DNA of 64,000 nucleotides, taken from contig CAZPBS010000003.1 of NCBI GenBank assembly GCA_964584925.1, forward strand, positions 2,196-66,195, read 5' to 3'. The notes below the pieces were generated by a model. That model worked only from the letters and a program-made list of their open reading frames with translations. It was not told where the DNA came from and made no database searches. The DNA is from an uncultured Microbacteriaceae bacterium (lineage in GTDB: Bacteria; Actinomycetota; Actinomycetes; Actinomycetales; Microbacteriaceae). Shown in pieces: positions 40,590 to 52,847 of the stretch (positions within the stretch are counted from its first letter, which is position 1; each line of letters opens with the position of its first letter). The position numbers and the translations under genes are program-made.

Positions 40590-41531
40590 ATGGAAATATC
40601 CCTCGGGAAGGACCCCACTGTGGCGGTTGAGTTAGATACCCGGATTGATCTCTACACTCGGGTAGCCCAGGAGACCTCCCAGGGAGTGATCAAGCGCTAT
40701 TCCACCTCGTTCGGTCTTGCCTCCAGGCTCCTGGAGCCTCGGGTTCGCACTCACATCGGCAATCTCTATGCACTGGTGCGACTGGCGGATGAAATTGTTG
40801 ACGGGGTCGCGGCTGAAGCGGGTGTTCCCACCGCCGAGGCGGGTGCCATGCTCGATGCGCTCGAAGCTGACACTGAGCGGGCACTCCAGGTTGGCTACAG
40901 CACCAACTTGATTGTGCATGCCTTTGCGATCTCGGCTCGACAAGTCGGTGTGACCGCCGAGCTCACTCGTCCGTTCTTTCATTCGATGCGCATGGATCTC
41001 ACCCACACCGAACACACACCCGAAACCTTTGACGAGTATGTCTACGGATCAGCCGAAGTTGTCGGGTTGATGTGCTTGGAAGCCTTCCTGGAGGGCCAAG
41101 AGGTGTCAGAGACTGATCGTGAGGTCATGGTGAAGGGCGCTCGGGCCTTGGGTGCCGCCTTCCAGAAGGTCAACTTTTTGCGAGACCTCGGCGCGGATGT
41201 TCAAGCACTGGGACGAAGTTACTTCCCTGGAGTCTCCGTGGAAGAACTCGATGAGGACACTAAGCATCGACTCCTGGACGACATTGACCGCGACCTTGCC
41301 GACTCAGCCGCAGCGCTACCCCTTCTTCCGACTAGCGCCCGGCGCGCTGTCGCTCTGGCACACGTGTTGTTTGAAGCTCTCGGTGAGCGGATTCGGAAGA
41401 CTCCTGCCACCGTTCTCCAAACTTCACGGATTAGTGTTCCTGACGTGACGAAAGCGGTTCTTGCCGTGCGCGTCCTTACCGGTTTCGTCCCCTCCGCTCC
41501 TCGCAGTTTGAGAAAGGCTCCTCGTGTCTAA
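40590..41531 (+). CDS. crtB: Phytoene synthase
   Basis: YSTSF, RLADEIVD, FQKVNFLRD. Confidence 0.93.
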   Translation: MEISLGKDPTVAVELDTRIDLYTRVAQETSQGVIKRYSTSFGLASRLLEPRVRTHIGNLYALVRLADEIVDGVAAEAGVPTAEAGAMLDALEADTERALQVGYSTNLIVHAFAISARQVGVTAELTRPFFHSMRMDLTHTEHTPETFDEYVYGSAEVVGLMCLEAFLEGQEVSETDREVMVKGARALGAAFQKVNFLRDLGADVQALGRSYFPGVSVEELDEDTKHRLLDDIDRDLADSAAALPLLPTSARRAVALAHVLFEALGERIRKTPATVLQTSRISVPDVTKAVLAVRVLTGFVPSAPRSLRKAPRV

Positions 41532-43110
41532 GTCTGTTGTCGTTGTTGGCGGTGGAATCGGCGGCATTGCCACCGCTGGCCTGTTGGCCCGGGATGGTTA
41601 CCAGGTGACCCTTGTCGAGGCGCATGCTCGCTTGGGTGGTCGAGCCGGTTTGTGGGAGAAGGACGGGTTCCGTTTTGACACCGGGCCGTCCTGGTATTTG
41701 ATGCCCGAGGTTTTTGATCACTGGTACAAACTGATGGGCACCTCAGCGGATGAGCATTTGACGCTCACCAAGCTGGACCCTGGTTACCGCGTCTACTTTG
41801 AGCCCCAGGGTGGCCAGAAAGCCGAGATTATTGATGTTCGCGCCAGTCGTGAAGACAATCTCGCCCTCTTGGAGGAAATTGAGCCTGGATCCAGGGCCAC
41901 GATGGAGAAGTACCTCGACTCGGCCAAAGAAACCTATGAGATTGCCAAAGAGTATTTCTTGTATACGTCTTTCCAGAGTTTGCGCACCCTGCTAGTACCC
42001 GCAGTCTTGAAGCGCGTTGGGACATTGTTCCGCTTGCTGACGACGCCCATCATGACGTTCGCGAAGCGTCACACGAAGAATCCCAAGATTCAGCAACTCT
42101 TGGGATACCCCGCCGTGTTCTTGGGGTCCTCCCCCTACATTGCTCCCAGCATGTTCCACCTAATGTCCTACCTCGACCTCGAAGATGGGGTGCTCTACGC
42201 CGAGGGTGGGTTCACTCGAGTGATCGATTCGATGCGCACCGTGATCGAAGATCACGGTGTTACCGTGCTCACCCAAGCCCGGGTTTCTGCCATCACCACG
42301 GAGAAAAGATCAGGCAAGGCTCACGCAACTGGCGTGACCTATGAGGATTCCCACGGTGTTGCTCACACTCTTGAGGCTGACTTTGTGGTCTCGACGACGG
42401 ATCTTCACCACAGCGAGACGAAACTTCTTCCCACGGAGCTCCAGACTTACCCGCAGTCCTACTGGGACAAGAAGATTGCGGGACCCAGTGCCGTCCTCCT
42501 CTATCTCGGGGTGAAGGGAGAGGTTCCCCAGTTGCTCCACCACACGCTCTTCTTCACGGAGGACTGGGACGATAACTTCTCCAAGATTTTTGCCGACAAG
42601 CCCACCGTGCCAAACCCTGCGTCACTTTATGTTTGTAAGCCCAGTGCCACTGACAGTGGGGTTGCTCCCAAGGGCCACACCAACATCTTTGTCTTGGTCC
42701 CGATGCCGGCCGATGTCAGCTTGGGCCACGGCGGAATTGACGGCTCCGGCGACAAGGAGGTCGAGGCGATCGCAGATCGCGCCATCGAGCAAATCTCTCA
42801 GTGGAGTGGCGCGAGTGACCTCGCGGAGCGCATTGTGGTCCGGCGAAGTGTGGGACCTGCAGACTTCCAGGCTGACCTGAACGCCTGGATGGGCACCGCC
42901 TTGGGACCTGCTCACACGCTCATGCAGAGCGCACTGTTCCGTTCGGGCAATGTCTCGAAGAAGGTGCAGGGCCTCTACTACGCAGGAAGCTCCACTATCC
43001 CGGGCATTGGCCTGCCGATGTGTTTGATCAGTGCCGAGGTGCTGGTCAAGAGGGTGCGAGGAGACGTGTCGACGGCACCCCTTCCCGAACCTCTGATGCC
43101 GGTGTCCTAG
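41524..43110 (+). CDS. crtI: Phytoene desaturase
   Basis: GGGIGG FAD motif, FDTGPSW, PGIGLPMCLISA. Confidence 0.95.
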   Translation: MSKSVVVVGGGIGGIATAGLLARDGYQVTLVEAHARLGGRAGLWEKDGFRFDTGPSWYLMPEVFDHWYKLMGTSADEHLTLTKLDPGYRVYFEPQGGQKAEIIDVRASREDNLALLEEIEPGSRATMEKYLDSAKETYEIAKEYFLYTSFQSLRTLLVPAVLKRVGTLFRLLTTPIMTFAKRHTKNPKIQQLLGYPAVFLGSSPYIAPSMFHLMSYLDLEDGVLYAEGGFTRVIDSMRTVIEDHGVTVLTQARVSAITTEKRSGKAHATGVTYEDSHGVAHTLEADFVVSTTDLHHSETKLLPTELQTYPQSYWDKKIAGPSAVLLYLGVKGEVPQLLHHTLFFTEDWDDNFSKIFADKPTVPNPASLYVCKPSATDSGVAPKGHTNIFVLVPMPADVSLGHGGIDGSGDKEVEAIADRAIEQISQWSGASDLAERIVVRRSVGPADFQADLNAWMGTALGPAHTLMQSALFRSGNVSKKVQGLYYAGSSTIPGIGLPMCLISAEVLVKRVRGDVSTAPLPEPLMPVS

Positions 43111-43118
43111 GAGGAGTG

Positions 43119-43445
43119 ATGTCCTTTCTCTACCTGGTGGCGTTGGTGACGTCGTTGGTGGGGATCGGTCTGTTGGACTTTCGACACAAGCTGGCGTTCT
43201 TCGGTGGGGCCATCCTGCGCTCCGCCGCGATTATCGCGGTGTCGGTGGTGTTTTTTCTGATCTGGGACGTGGTGGGTATTGCCACGGGAGTGTTCTTCCG
43301 AGGGTCAGGACCCTGGATGACCGGTGTTCTCCTGGGTCCTGAGCTACCCCTCGAAGAACTCTTCTTTCTGTTGGTGCTCACATACTCGACCCTGGTCTCC
43401 TACCTGTGGGCCAAGAAAGCGCTCGAGGCAAGGCGGAGCGCATGA
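43119..43445 (+). CDS. C50 carotenoid cyclase subunit (CrtYe-like)
   Basis: FFLIWD, ELPLEE motif; 3 TM. Confidence 0.85.
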   Translation: MSFLYLVALVTSLVGIGLLDFRHKLAFFGGAILRSAAIIAVSVVFFLIWDVVGIATGVFFRGSGPWMTGVLLGPELPLEELFFLLVLTYSTLVSYLWAKKALEARRSA

Positions 43446-43750
43446 CCTACTGGCTGATCAATATTCCCTTCCTCCTGGTAGCAGCGCTGGTGCTGGGTGC
43501 GGCGCTGGGTCGAGGCGTGGCTCCACGCGTACTTCCCTGGGTGATATCGGTTGCCGTCATGATGACCCTGACGGCGGTGTTTGATAACGCCATCATCGGG
43601 ACGGGACTTGTCGCCTATGACTCAGAGCTGCTCAGTGGAGTGATGATCGGGCTTGCACCGATTGAAGACTTTGCCTATACCGCGGCGGCACTGATGATGA
43701 TTCCAGCGCTCTGGCATGTCCTCGAGCCCCGGCCCACGGAGAGCTCGTGA
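43442..43750 (+). CDS. C50 carotenoid cyclase subunit (CrtYf-like)
   Basis: TAVFDN, APIEDFAY. Confidence 0.85.
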   Translation: MTYWLINIPFLLVAALVLGAALGRGVAPRVLPWVISVAVMMTLTAVFDNAIIGTGLVAYDSELLSGVMIGLAPIEDFAYTAAALMMIPALWHVLEPRPTESS

Positions 43751-44613
43751 GCGGACTGCGAACGCTTGTGGTGAGCTCGCGCCCGTTGAGCTGGGTCAAC
43801 ACAGCGTTCCCTTTTGGGCTGACCTATTACCTTTTCGTTGGCCAGTTTGATGCGCTTTTTGTCGTCGGGACTCTGTTTTTCCTCATCCCCTACAACGTCT
43901 TGATGTATGGCATCAATGATGTCTTCGATTATGAGTCGGACCTTCGAAACCCGCGCAAAGGTGGCGTGGAAGGCGCCTTGCTGGGCCCCGAGCTTCATCG
44001 TCCGATGGTGCTTCTCTCCACGCTTCTTCCGCTGCCTTTTCTGGTCCCCCTGATTCTCTGGGGGTCCCTCCTCTCGACTGGCGTGCTCGCCTTGGCGCTG
44101 TTCTTTGTGGTCGCCTACTCCGCGAAGAACTTTAGATTCAAGGAGATTCCCTTTGTGGACTCCGTGACCTCGAGTCTGCACTTTGTGATGCCAGCGGTCT
44201 TTGCCATGGCTCTTGTCGGTGCTGAGCTGACGGGATTGTCGCTCACGTTGCTCGCGTCTTTCTTCTTCTGGGGGATGGCGTCTCACGCTTTTGGCGCCGT
44301 CCAGGACGTGGTGGCGGACCGCGAGGCGGGAGTCGGATCCATTGCCACCGCGATTGGAGCTAAAGGTACGGTGCGCTTTGCCGTCGTGCTCTATCTGGTC
44401 GCTGGCCTCGTCGTGTTGGTCACCCCGTGGCCACTGCCCCTGATTGCGCCTGTTGCATTGCTCTATGTGGGCGCCCTCGCACCGTGGTGGTCCGTGAGCG
44501 ATGAGGATGCGTGGAAAGCGAATCGCAGCTGGAAGTGGTTCTTGGGTTTGAACTTTGTTGCCGGTGCGGTGGTCGTGCTGGTGCTCTTCGAGTGGTGGCA
44601 GGTGACGTCTTAG
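43747..44613 (+). CDS. crtEb: Lycopene elongase (UbiA-type prenyltransferase)
   Basis: SRPLSWVNTAFPF, YGINDVFDYESDLRNPRKGG. Confidence 0.92.
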   Translation: MSGLRTLVVSSRPLSWVNTAFPFGLTYYLFVGQFDALFVVGTLFFLIPYNVLMYGINDVFDYESDLRNPRKGGVEGALLGPELHRPMVLLSTLLPLPFLVPLILWGSLLSTGVLALALFFVVAYSAKNFRFKEIPFVDSVTSSLHFVMPAVFAMALVGAELTGLSLTLLASFFFWGMASHAFGAVQDVVADREAGVGSIATAIGAKGTVRFAVVLYLVAGLVVLVTPWPLPLIAPVALLYVGALAPWWSVSDEDAWKANRSWKWFLGLNFVAGAVVVLVLFEWWQVTS

Positions 44614-45995
44614 CGCGCGGGCGCCTTCACGAAGAGCAACATTATGCCCCCCGCGAGCAGGACCAGAGCAATACCCAGGAGCCCAAAGAGGGTTTGGCTA
44701 CCGGCAAGCGCAATGAACACGCCCCATGCGAGTGAGGCCATCCAGCCGGCAGCGCGGCCCGTGGTGGCATAAAGGCCAAAGACCTCACCCTCTTTGCCCG
44801 CGGGGGTCACCCGCGCGAGGAAGGACCGAGAAGCCGCTTGCGCGGGCCCTACAAACATCGCCAAAATCAACCCGGCTACCCAAAACATGGGGATTCCCAG
44901 GTCGACCAGGAAGAACACGCTCAACGTGCAGGCGACGAGACCGAAGACCGAGATAACAATCACGTTCTTGGGTCCGAAACGATCATCAAGGCGGCCCGCA
45001 AAGATGGTGGAAATCCCCGCTACAAGGTTGAGGGCAATACCAAAGACGACGAGGTCGGTGAAGCTGAATCCGAAAACGATGCTGGCGATGACCGAGCCGA
45101 ACACGAACACTGCCGAGAGCCCATCGCGATAGACGGCACTAGCGAGCAGGAACCAGAAGGTTGCTCGGGATTCCCGGTAGAGGCGGGCGATGCTGCGGCC
45201 CAGCTCCACGTAACTGCGCCAAAAGCCCACTTTCTCGACTGCGCTCAGCTTGGGGGGTTCGGGAACGTTGAGAAATATGGGGATGACGAAAATTATGGTC
45301 CAGATGGCGGACCCCAGAGCGACCAGTTGGAATGTTGAGGCCACCTCGCCATCCAGCACACCCCCCAGGATCAGGCCGACGACAAGCGCTAGTGCGAGGA
45401 TGCCGCCGAGGTATCCAAATCCCCAGCCCAACCCCGACACCTTGCCGACTGTTTTTGGAGTCGAGATTGAGACCAGGAGGGCGTTGTAGTTGACACCCGC
45501 AATTTCGCCGAAGATGCTTCCCACTGCTATCAGTGCGACGCCAATCCAGAACCATTCGGCGCCAGGTTGAACTGAGGCAAGCCCCAGCTGCGAGACGATG
45601 AGGAGGATAGTGAAGAGCAGCAACTGGAACTTTTGGCGACCAGTTCGATCCGCTCTTTGACCCAAGACTGGAGCCAGCAAAGCGATGAGGAGACCGGCAG
45701 CAGTAATGCCGTAGCCAAGATTGCTGGCGAGTTGTCCTAAAGCAGCCTCCTCACTTGCCGTCCCGACCAACGCGGGATCTATGAAGAAGGTGCTGGTGAG
45801 GTAGCTGGGGACCCACACAAACGTCAGAAGAACGGTATTGAAGGGCTGGGTGGCCCAGTCCCAGAACGCCCACGACCACACTCGTCGGCGGGGAATGTCC
45901 TTCCCTTCGTTTCCGGCGAGGCCCACCACGGGCAACGCGTCGGTAGAGGTTAGGTAGGAGGGGGTGCCGGGTTTCGGCGAACCGTCATTGGTCAT
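44610..45995 (-). CDS. MFS transporter (UMF1/Atg22-like)
   Basis: WAFWDWA, GWGFGYLGG, GEVFGLY; about 12 TM. Confidence 0.88.
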   Translation of the reverse strand: MTNDGSPKPGTPSYLTSTDALPVVGLAGNEGKDIPRRRVWSWAFWDWATQPFNTVLLTFVWVPSYLTSTFFIDPALVGTASEEAALGQLASNLGYGITAAGLLIALLAPVLGQRADRTGRQKFQLLLFTILLIVSQLGLASVQPGAEWFWIGVALIAVGSIFGEIAGVNYNALLVSISTPKTVGKVSGLGWGFGYLGGILALALVVGLILGGVLDGEVASTFQLVALGSAIWTIIFVIPIFLNVPEPPKLSAVEKVGFWRSYVELGRSIARLYRESRATFWFLLASAVYRDGLSAVFVFGSVIASIVFGFSFTDLVVFGIALNLVAGISTIFAGRLDDRFGPKNVIVISVFGLVACTLSVFFLVDLGIPMFWVAGLILAMFVGPAQAASRSFLARVTPAGKEGEVFGLYATTGRAAGWMASLAWGVFIALAGSQTLFGLLGIALVLLAGGIMLLFVKAPAR

Positions 45996-46060
45996 GAGAA
46001 AACCGTAGTCCTCCCGGGCAAATTTTGGGTAAATTTCCGCCCTACTCGAGAGCCGAAGAC

Positions 46061-48037
<1,977 letters not shown>

Positions 48038-48042
48038 GTCTC

Positions 48043-48636
48043 ATGGCACGCGATAAAGAACCTCAGCCCGGCGGGGACGAGGAACCCCAGGAGCCACTGT
48101 TCACGGATAAGCGTCGTGTCGATCCAGAAACCGGAGATGTCCGTCCCGAGGCAGCAGATGCTGCCTCGGACGAACTCTCCGAGGACGATATGGCCCTGCT
48201 TCAGGAAGCGGAGCGTGATTTGGTGGCGGAATACCGTGACCGAGCCGCACGTGCCGAAGCCGAGTTGCAGAACTTCCGCACGCGAGTGGAGCGCGATCGT
48301 CAAGCAAATCGAGAAATCGTGATTGCTGAGGTGATTCGGTCTTTGCTTCCTGTGATGGATGATCTGGATCGTGCTGAAGCGCACGGCGATTTGGCGGGGA
48401 CACCTCTGGAACTGGTGGCACAAAAATTGCGCTCCAGTTTTGAGCGTTATGACGTCAAGCCGGTGGGTGAGGTTGGAGACGCCTTTGATCCTGCCGTCCA
48501 CGAGGCCATGGTGCGCATTCCTGAAGCGGGAGCGCAGGGGGAAACAGTTGCTGAGGTCATCGAAGGTGGATACACCCTCGGTGAGCGTCTCATCCGTGCC
48601 GCCAAAGTTGCGGTGAAGGTTCCAGCGGACGAGTAG
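48043..48636 (+). CDS. grpE: Nucleotide exchange factor GrpE
   Basis: AELQNFRTR, FDPAVHEA, RLIRAAKV. Confidence 0.96.
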   Translation: MARDKEPQPGGDEEPQEPLFTDKRRVDPETGDVRPEAADAASDELSEDDMALLQEAERDLVAEYRDRAARAEAELQNFRTRVERDRQANREIVIAEVIRSLLPVMDDLDRAEAHGDLAGTPLELVAQKLRSSFERYDVKPVGEVGDAFDPAVHEAMVRIPEAGAQGETVAEVIEGGYTLGERLIRAAKVAVKVPADE

Positions 48637-48648
48637 GGAGGTGGGGTA

Positions 48649-49602
48649 ATGGCGAGCCAGGATTGGTTAGAAAAGGATTTCTATCAGGTACTCGGGGTGT
48701 CGAAAGATGCCAGCGTGTCAGACATCAAGAAGACCTATCGTTCGCTGGCTCGACAATTCCACCCCGATTCCAATCCGGGCGATGCGGCCGCGGAAGCCCG
48801 CTTCAAGGAAATCTCTGAGGCCTACTCGGTGCTCTCGGATGAACAGCAGCGCGCTGAGTACGACCAGATTCGTGCCATGCAGGCGGGCCGTCCACGGTTC
48901 ACCGCGGGTGGTGGACCAGGCGGCTTCGATGACGTTTTCGGCGGAATGTTCGGCGGCGCACCTCGTGGTGCTCAGAGCGCTGATTTTGGCGACCTGTTCT
49001 CTGGGTTGTTCGGCGGTGGGCAAGGCGGATTCTCGGGGTATCGCGAGCCCACCAAGGGCCGCGATGTGATCTCCCGGGTGACCTTGGAGCTGCCCACCGC
49101 CCTCAAGGGAACAGAGATTTCACTGGAGGGACCGGGAGGGAAAAAGATCACCGCTCGAGTTCCTGCTGGGGTGAAAGACGGCCAGAAAATCCGCATCCGA
49201 GGAAAAGGTCACCCCAGCCCCGATGGCGGAAAACCTGGCGATGTGATCATTACCGTCGGTGTTCCCAAACACCAGATTTTTGGTCGCGATGGTGACAACC
49301 TTCGTCTTGAGGTCCCTATTACCTTTGGTGAGGCAACGCTCGGTGCGACCATCGAAGTGCCCACCATCGAGGGTGAGATCGTGAAGGTGAAGGTTCCGGC
49401 GGGAACCCCCAGCGGCAAAGTCCTCAGAGTCAAGGGCCACGGCGTTCGAGCGGGAGCAGCTCTCGGTGATTTGCTAGTGGAGTTGCAGGTGGCAGTCCCC
49501 GCACACTTGTCGAAGGTGGCTCAGGGACACCTCGAGAAGCTGATGTCGGCACTTCCCAAGGAGAACCCTCGAGAGGATCTTCTCAAGAGAGCGGGGGTGT
49601 AG
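48649..49602 (+). CDS. dnaJ: DnaJ class B (no zinc finger)
   Basis: HPD J-domain, G/F region, C-terminal domain; no CxxCxGxG. Confidence 0.93.
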   Translation: MASQDWLEKDFYQVLGVSKDASVSDIKKTYRSLARQFHPDSNPGDAAAEARFKEISEAYSVLSDEQQRAEYDQIRAMQAGRPRFTAGGGPGGFDDVFGGMFGGAPRGAQSADFGDLFSGLFGGGQGGFSGYREPTKGRDVISRVTLELPTALKGTEISLEGPGGKKITARVPAGVKDGQKIRIRGKGHPSPDGGKPGDVIITVGVPKHQIFGRDGDNLRLEVPITFGEATLGATIEVPTIEGEIVKVKVPAGTPSGKVLRVKGHGVRAGAALGDLLVELQVAVPAHLSKVAQGHLEKLMSALPKENPREDLLKRAGV

Positions 49603-49605
49603 ACC

Positions 49606-50055
49606 ATGGACATGGACGAGAGAACACCACTGTTTGCCATCACTGCCGCTGCGGAGCTCGCGGGAATGCACCCGCAAACACTGCGCCAGTATGACCGTTT
49701 GGGGTTGGTCAGTCCCACTCGCACTGCTGGACGCACCCGTCGCTACTCGATGAAAGATGTCGTGCAACTGCGCGAGATTTCCCGACTCAGCGCTGAAGGC
49801 CTCAACCTCGAAGGAATCAAGCGAATCCTGGAACTTGAGTCCCAGGTCGATGGTCTGCAACGCAGAGTGCGGGACTTGGAAGCAACTCTGGCGGACGAGC
49901 TCCTGCAGAAATCGGGTCGCCGAGTATTTGCCGCCGGAGCAGAAGGAGATGTCATTCCTTTGCGCCAAGGCGAGCGCGCGAAGAAACAGAACCAGATGGT
50001 GGTGTGGAATCCCTTTGGCTGGAGCCCACCGCCCGCAAAGAAGCTAGAGAAGTAG
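49606..50055 (+). CDS. hspR: Heat shock repressor HspR (MerR family)
   Basis: AAELAGMHPQTLRQYDRLGL. Confidence 0.96.
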   Translation: MDMDERTPLFAITAAAELAGMHPQTLRQYDRLGLVSPTRTAGRTRRYSMKDVVQLREISRLSAEGLNLEGIKRILELESQVDGLQRRVRDLEATLADELLQKSGRRVFAAGAEGDVIPLRQGERAKKQNQMVVWNPFGWSPPPAKKLEK

Positions 50056-50067
50056 AGGAGGGACACC

Positions 50068-52212
50068 ATGGCAGAGCAACAACAAGCGCAGGGTCAGGAA
50101 AGCGCCCTCGAGCAATATGGAGTGAACCTCACTGAGATAGCTCGGGAAGGAAAACTGGACCCCGTTATCGGGAGAGACGCTGAGATTCGTCGAGTGTCCC
50201 AGGTTCTGACCAGGCGGACCAAAAACAACCCGGTGCTGATCGGTGAACCCGGTGTGGGAAAGACGGCTGTGGTCGAGGGTCTGGCCCAGCGCATTGTCGC
50301 CGGCGATGTTGCGGACTCTCTTAAGGGTAAGCAATTGATTTCGTTAGACCTCTCGGCCATCGTCGCAGGCGCTAAGTATCGGGGAGAGTTTGAGGAGCGA
50401 CTGAAGGCGGTTCTCAAGGAGATCAACGACGCAGAAGGCGAGATCATCACGTTCGTTGATGAGCTCCACACCCTGATGGGCGCCGGTGGTGGCGAGGGCT
50501 CGGTCGCGGCAGCGAACATGCTGAAGCCGATGCTCGCCCGCGGCGAGCTCCGACTTATCGGTGCGACGACACTTAACGAGTACCGGGAATACATCGAGAA
50601 GGACGCCGCACTGGAGCGCCGTTTCCAGCAGGTTTTCGTCGGAGAACCCAGCGTCGAAGACACCGTCGCCATTCTTCGAGGCTTGAAAGAGCGATATGAA
50701 GCTCACCACAAGGTGGTCATCGCCGATAGTGCTCTGGTCGCGGCAGCAATGCTCTCCAACCGATACATCACCGCTCGCCAGCTGCCAGACAAAGCGATTG
50801 ACCTCATCGACGAGGCAGCGAGTCGCTTGAAGATGGAAATTGAGTCATCACCCGTCGAAATCGATGAGCTTCGTCGCACCGTCGATCGGATGCGCATTGA
50901 GGAGCTCGCCCTCAAGAAAGAAAAGGACGAAGCGTCTAAAGAGCGCCTGAAGAAGCTTCGCGAAGACTTGGAAGCAAAGGGTGCTGAACTTGAAGCTCTG
51001 CAGCAGCGTTGGGCTACCGAGAAAGCGTCCCTGCAGGATGTGGGTGAGTTGAAGACTCAACTCAACGATGCTCGTATTGAGTTAGATCGAGCGATGCGCG
51101 AGGGTGACTATCAAGCCGCGTCCAAACTCAACTACGAGGTCATTCCCGGCATTGAGGAATCTATTGCGACAGCAGAGAGTGCTGAGCGCAGTGACGACCG
51201 CATGGTCAATGACCAAGTCACTGATGAGGACATTGCCGCGGTGGTGGCAGCGTGGACCGGTATTCCCGTCGACAAGCTCACCCAGGGCGAAACCGAGCGA
51301 CTTCTCCACCTCGAAAGTGAATTGGCGCGACGCCTAGTCGGCCAAAAAGATGCTGTTCGCGCCGTCAGCGAAGCGGTTCGTCGCACCCGCGCGGGCCTGA
51401 GCGACCCTGGTCGCCCGACTGGGTCTTTTATGTTCCTCGGGCCCACCGGTGTGGGAAAGACTGAACTCGCGAAGGCGCTTGCGGATTATCTGTTCGATGA
51501 CGAGAAAGCTCTCGTTCGAATCGATATGAGCGAGTACGGAGAGAAATTCTCCGTCTCGCGCCTCATTGGTGCCCCTCCGGGATATGTCGGATATGAGCAG
51601 GGTGGTCAGCTCACGGAAGCTGTGCGTCGGCGCCCCTACTCCGTGATTTTGCTCGACGAAGTCGAGAAGGCCCACCCGGAGGTGTTCGACCTCCTCCTGC
51701 AGGTTCTGGACGACGGTCGATTGACCGATGGTCAAGGTCGAACCGTGGACTTCCGCAATACGATTCTGATTCTGACGTCGAACCTCGGTTCCGCCTTCCT
51801 CATCGAGGAGGGTGTGCCATGGGAGCAGAAGGTAGAAGCTGTTCATCAGGAAGTCCGTCGAGCTTTCAAACCAGAGTTTGTGAACCGCCTCGATGACATC
51901 GTCGTGTTCTCGACGCTGACAGCGGAGGATCTCGGACAGATTGTGGAAATCACCGTGGATCGTCTACAGAGCCGTCTCGCCGACCGGCGACTCGACCTCG
52001 CGGTCACTCCGGCCGCGCGTTTATGGCTTGCTGACAACGGGTATGACCCGGTCTATGGCGCGAGGCCATTGCGTCGCCTGATGCAGAAAGAGATTGATGA
52101 CCGCCTGGCAAAGGCCCTGCTTTCTGGAGAAATTCGCGACGGAGACACCGTGAAAGTAGATCTTGCTGACGACACTTCGGGTCTTCAGGTTCAGCGCTTC
52201 TCGGTGGAATAG
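50068..52212 (+). CDS. clpB: ClpB disaggregase lacking the N-terminal domain
   Basis: Two AAA modules ([16 protein letters not shown]), M-domain, GAPPGYVGY; 714 aa. Confidence 0.95.
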   Translation: MAEQQQAQGQESALEQYGVNLTEIAREGKLDPVIGRDAEIRRVSQVLTRRTKNNPVLIGEPGVGKTAVVEGLAQRIVAGDVADSLKGKQLISLDLSAIVAGAKYRGEFEERLKAVLKEINDAEGEIITFVDELHTLMGAGGGEGSVAAANMLKPMLARGELRLIGATTLNEYREYIEKDAALERRFQQVFVGEPSVEDTVAILRGLKERYEAHHKVVIADSALVAAAMLSNRYITARQLPDKAIDLIDEAASRLKMEIESSPVEIDELRRTVDRMRIEELALKKEKDEASKERLKKLREDLEAKGAELEALQQRWATEKASLQDVGELKTQLNDARIELDRAMREGDYQAASKLNYEVIPGIEESIATAESAERSDDRMVNDQVTDEDIAAVVAAWTGIPVDKLTQGETERLLHLESELARRLVGQKDAVRAVSEAVRRTRAGLSDPGRPTGSFMFLGPTGVGKTELAKALADYLFDDEKALVRIDMSEYGEKFSVSRLIGAPPGYVGYEQGGQLTEAVRRRPYSVILLDEVEKAHPEVFDLLLQVLDDGRLTDGQGRTVDFRNTILILTSNLGSAFLIEEGVPWEQKVEAVHQEVRRAFKPEFVNRLDDIVVFSTLTAEDLGQIVEITVDRLQSRLADRRLDLAVTPAARLWLADNGYDPVYGARPLRRLMQKEIDDRLAKALLSGEIRDGDTVKVDLADDTSGLQVQRFSVE

Positions 52213-52262
52213 ATGCCGCCATTGAGTTGTTTACTCCAGAGTGACCCCGCGAAAGGAACAGA

Positions 52263-52847
52263 ATGAGCCACGAGCATGACCCGCACGAGTTCACGCTCGC
52301 CGACGTCCTCGAGCAGCGCTGGAGCCCTCGAGCCTTCGCCCGCGATGAGGTTTTAGACCAGAATCGTCTCGGTCCAGCGTTTGAGGCGGCCAGATGGTCA
52401 CCGTCGTCGGGCAACTCTCAACCTTGGAGCTTTATCGTGGGGTTTCGCGGTGATGATGCGTTCCAGACGATAGTGGGGACTATGGCCTCGGGAAACCAGG
52501 TCTGGGCAGAGCATGCGGGTGCGCTTGTTGCCAACATTGCCTCCGTCGTTGATGCTGAGGGCAAACCCCAGTCCCACGCAATCTATGACCTCGGTCAAGC
52601 CGTGGCACATTTCAGCGTTCAGGCCACAGCTCAGGGTCTGATGGTTCACCAAATGAGCGGATTCGATGCTCAAACTCTGGGTCGCGAGCTCGGCCTCGAT
52701 TCCACTCAGCGAGTGGTCACCATCATGGCGGTCGGCTCTCTGGGTGACCCCGCTGACCTCCCGGAGAAATTCCAAGAGAGAGAAGCGCGGCCCCGTGTGC
52801 GCAAACCGCTCTCCGATATTGTCGGGGGAAGTGCTAACTACGCCTGA
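52263..52847 (+). CDS. Nitroreductase family protein
   Basis: RWSPRAF, PSSGNSQPW, HQMSGFD. Confidence 0.9.
   Translation: MSHEHDPHEFTLADVLEQRWSPRAFARDEVLDQNRLGPAFEAARWSPSSGNSQPWSFIVGFRGDDAFQTIVGTMASGNQVWAEHAGALVANIASVVDAEGKPQSHAIYDLGQAVAHFSVQATAQGLMVHQMSGFDAQTLGRELGLDSTQRVVTIMAVGSLGDPADLPEKFQEREARPRVRKPLSDIVGGSANYA

Noticed and set aside
52221-52238. TTGAGT-N5-ACTCCA as a HAIR before the nitroreductase
   Set aside because: Spacer is 5 rather than 7 and the right arm is imperfect
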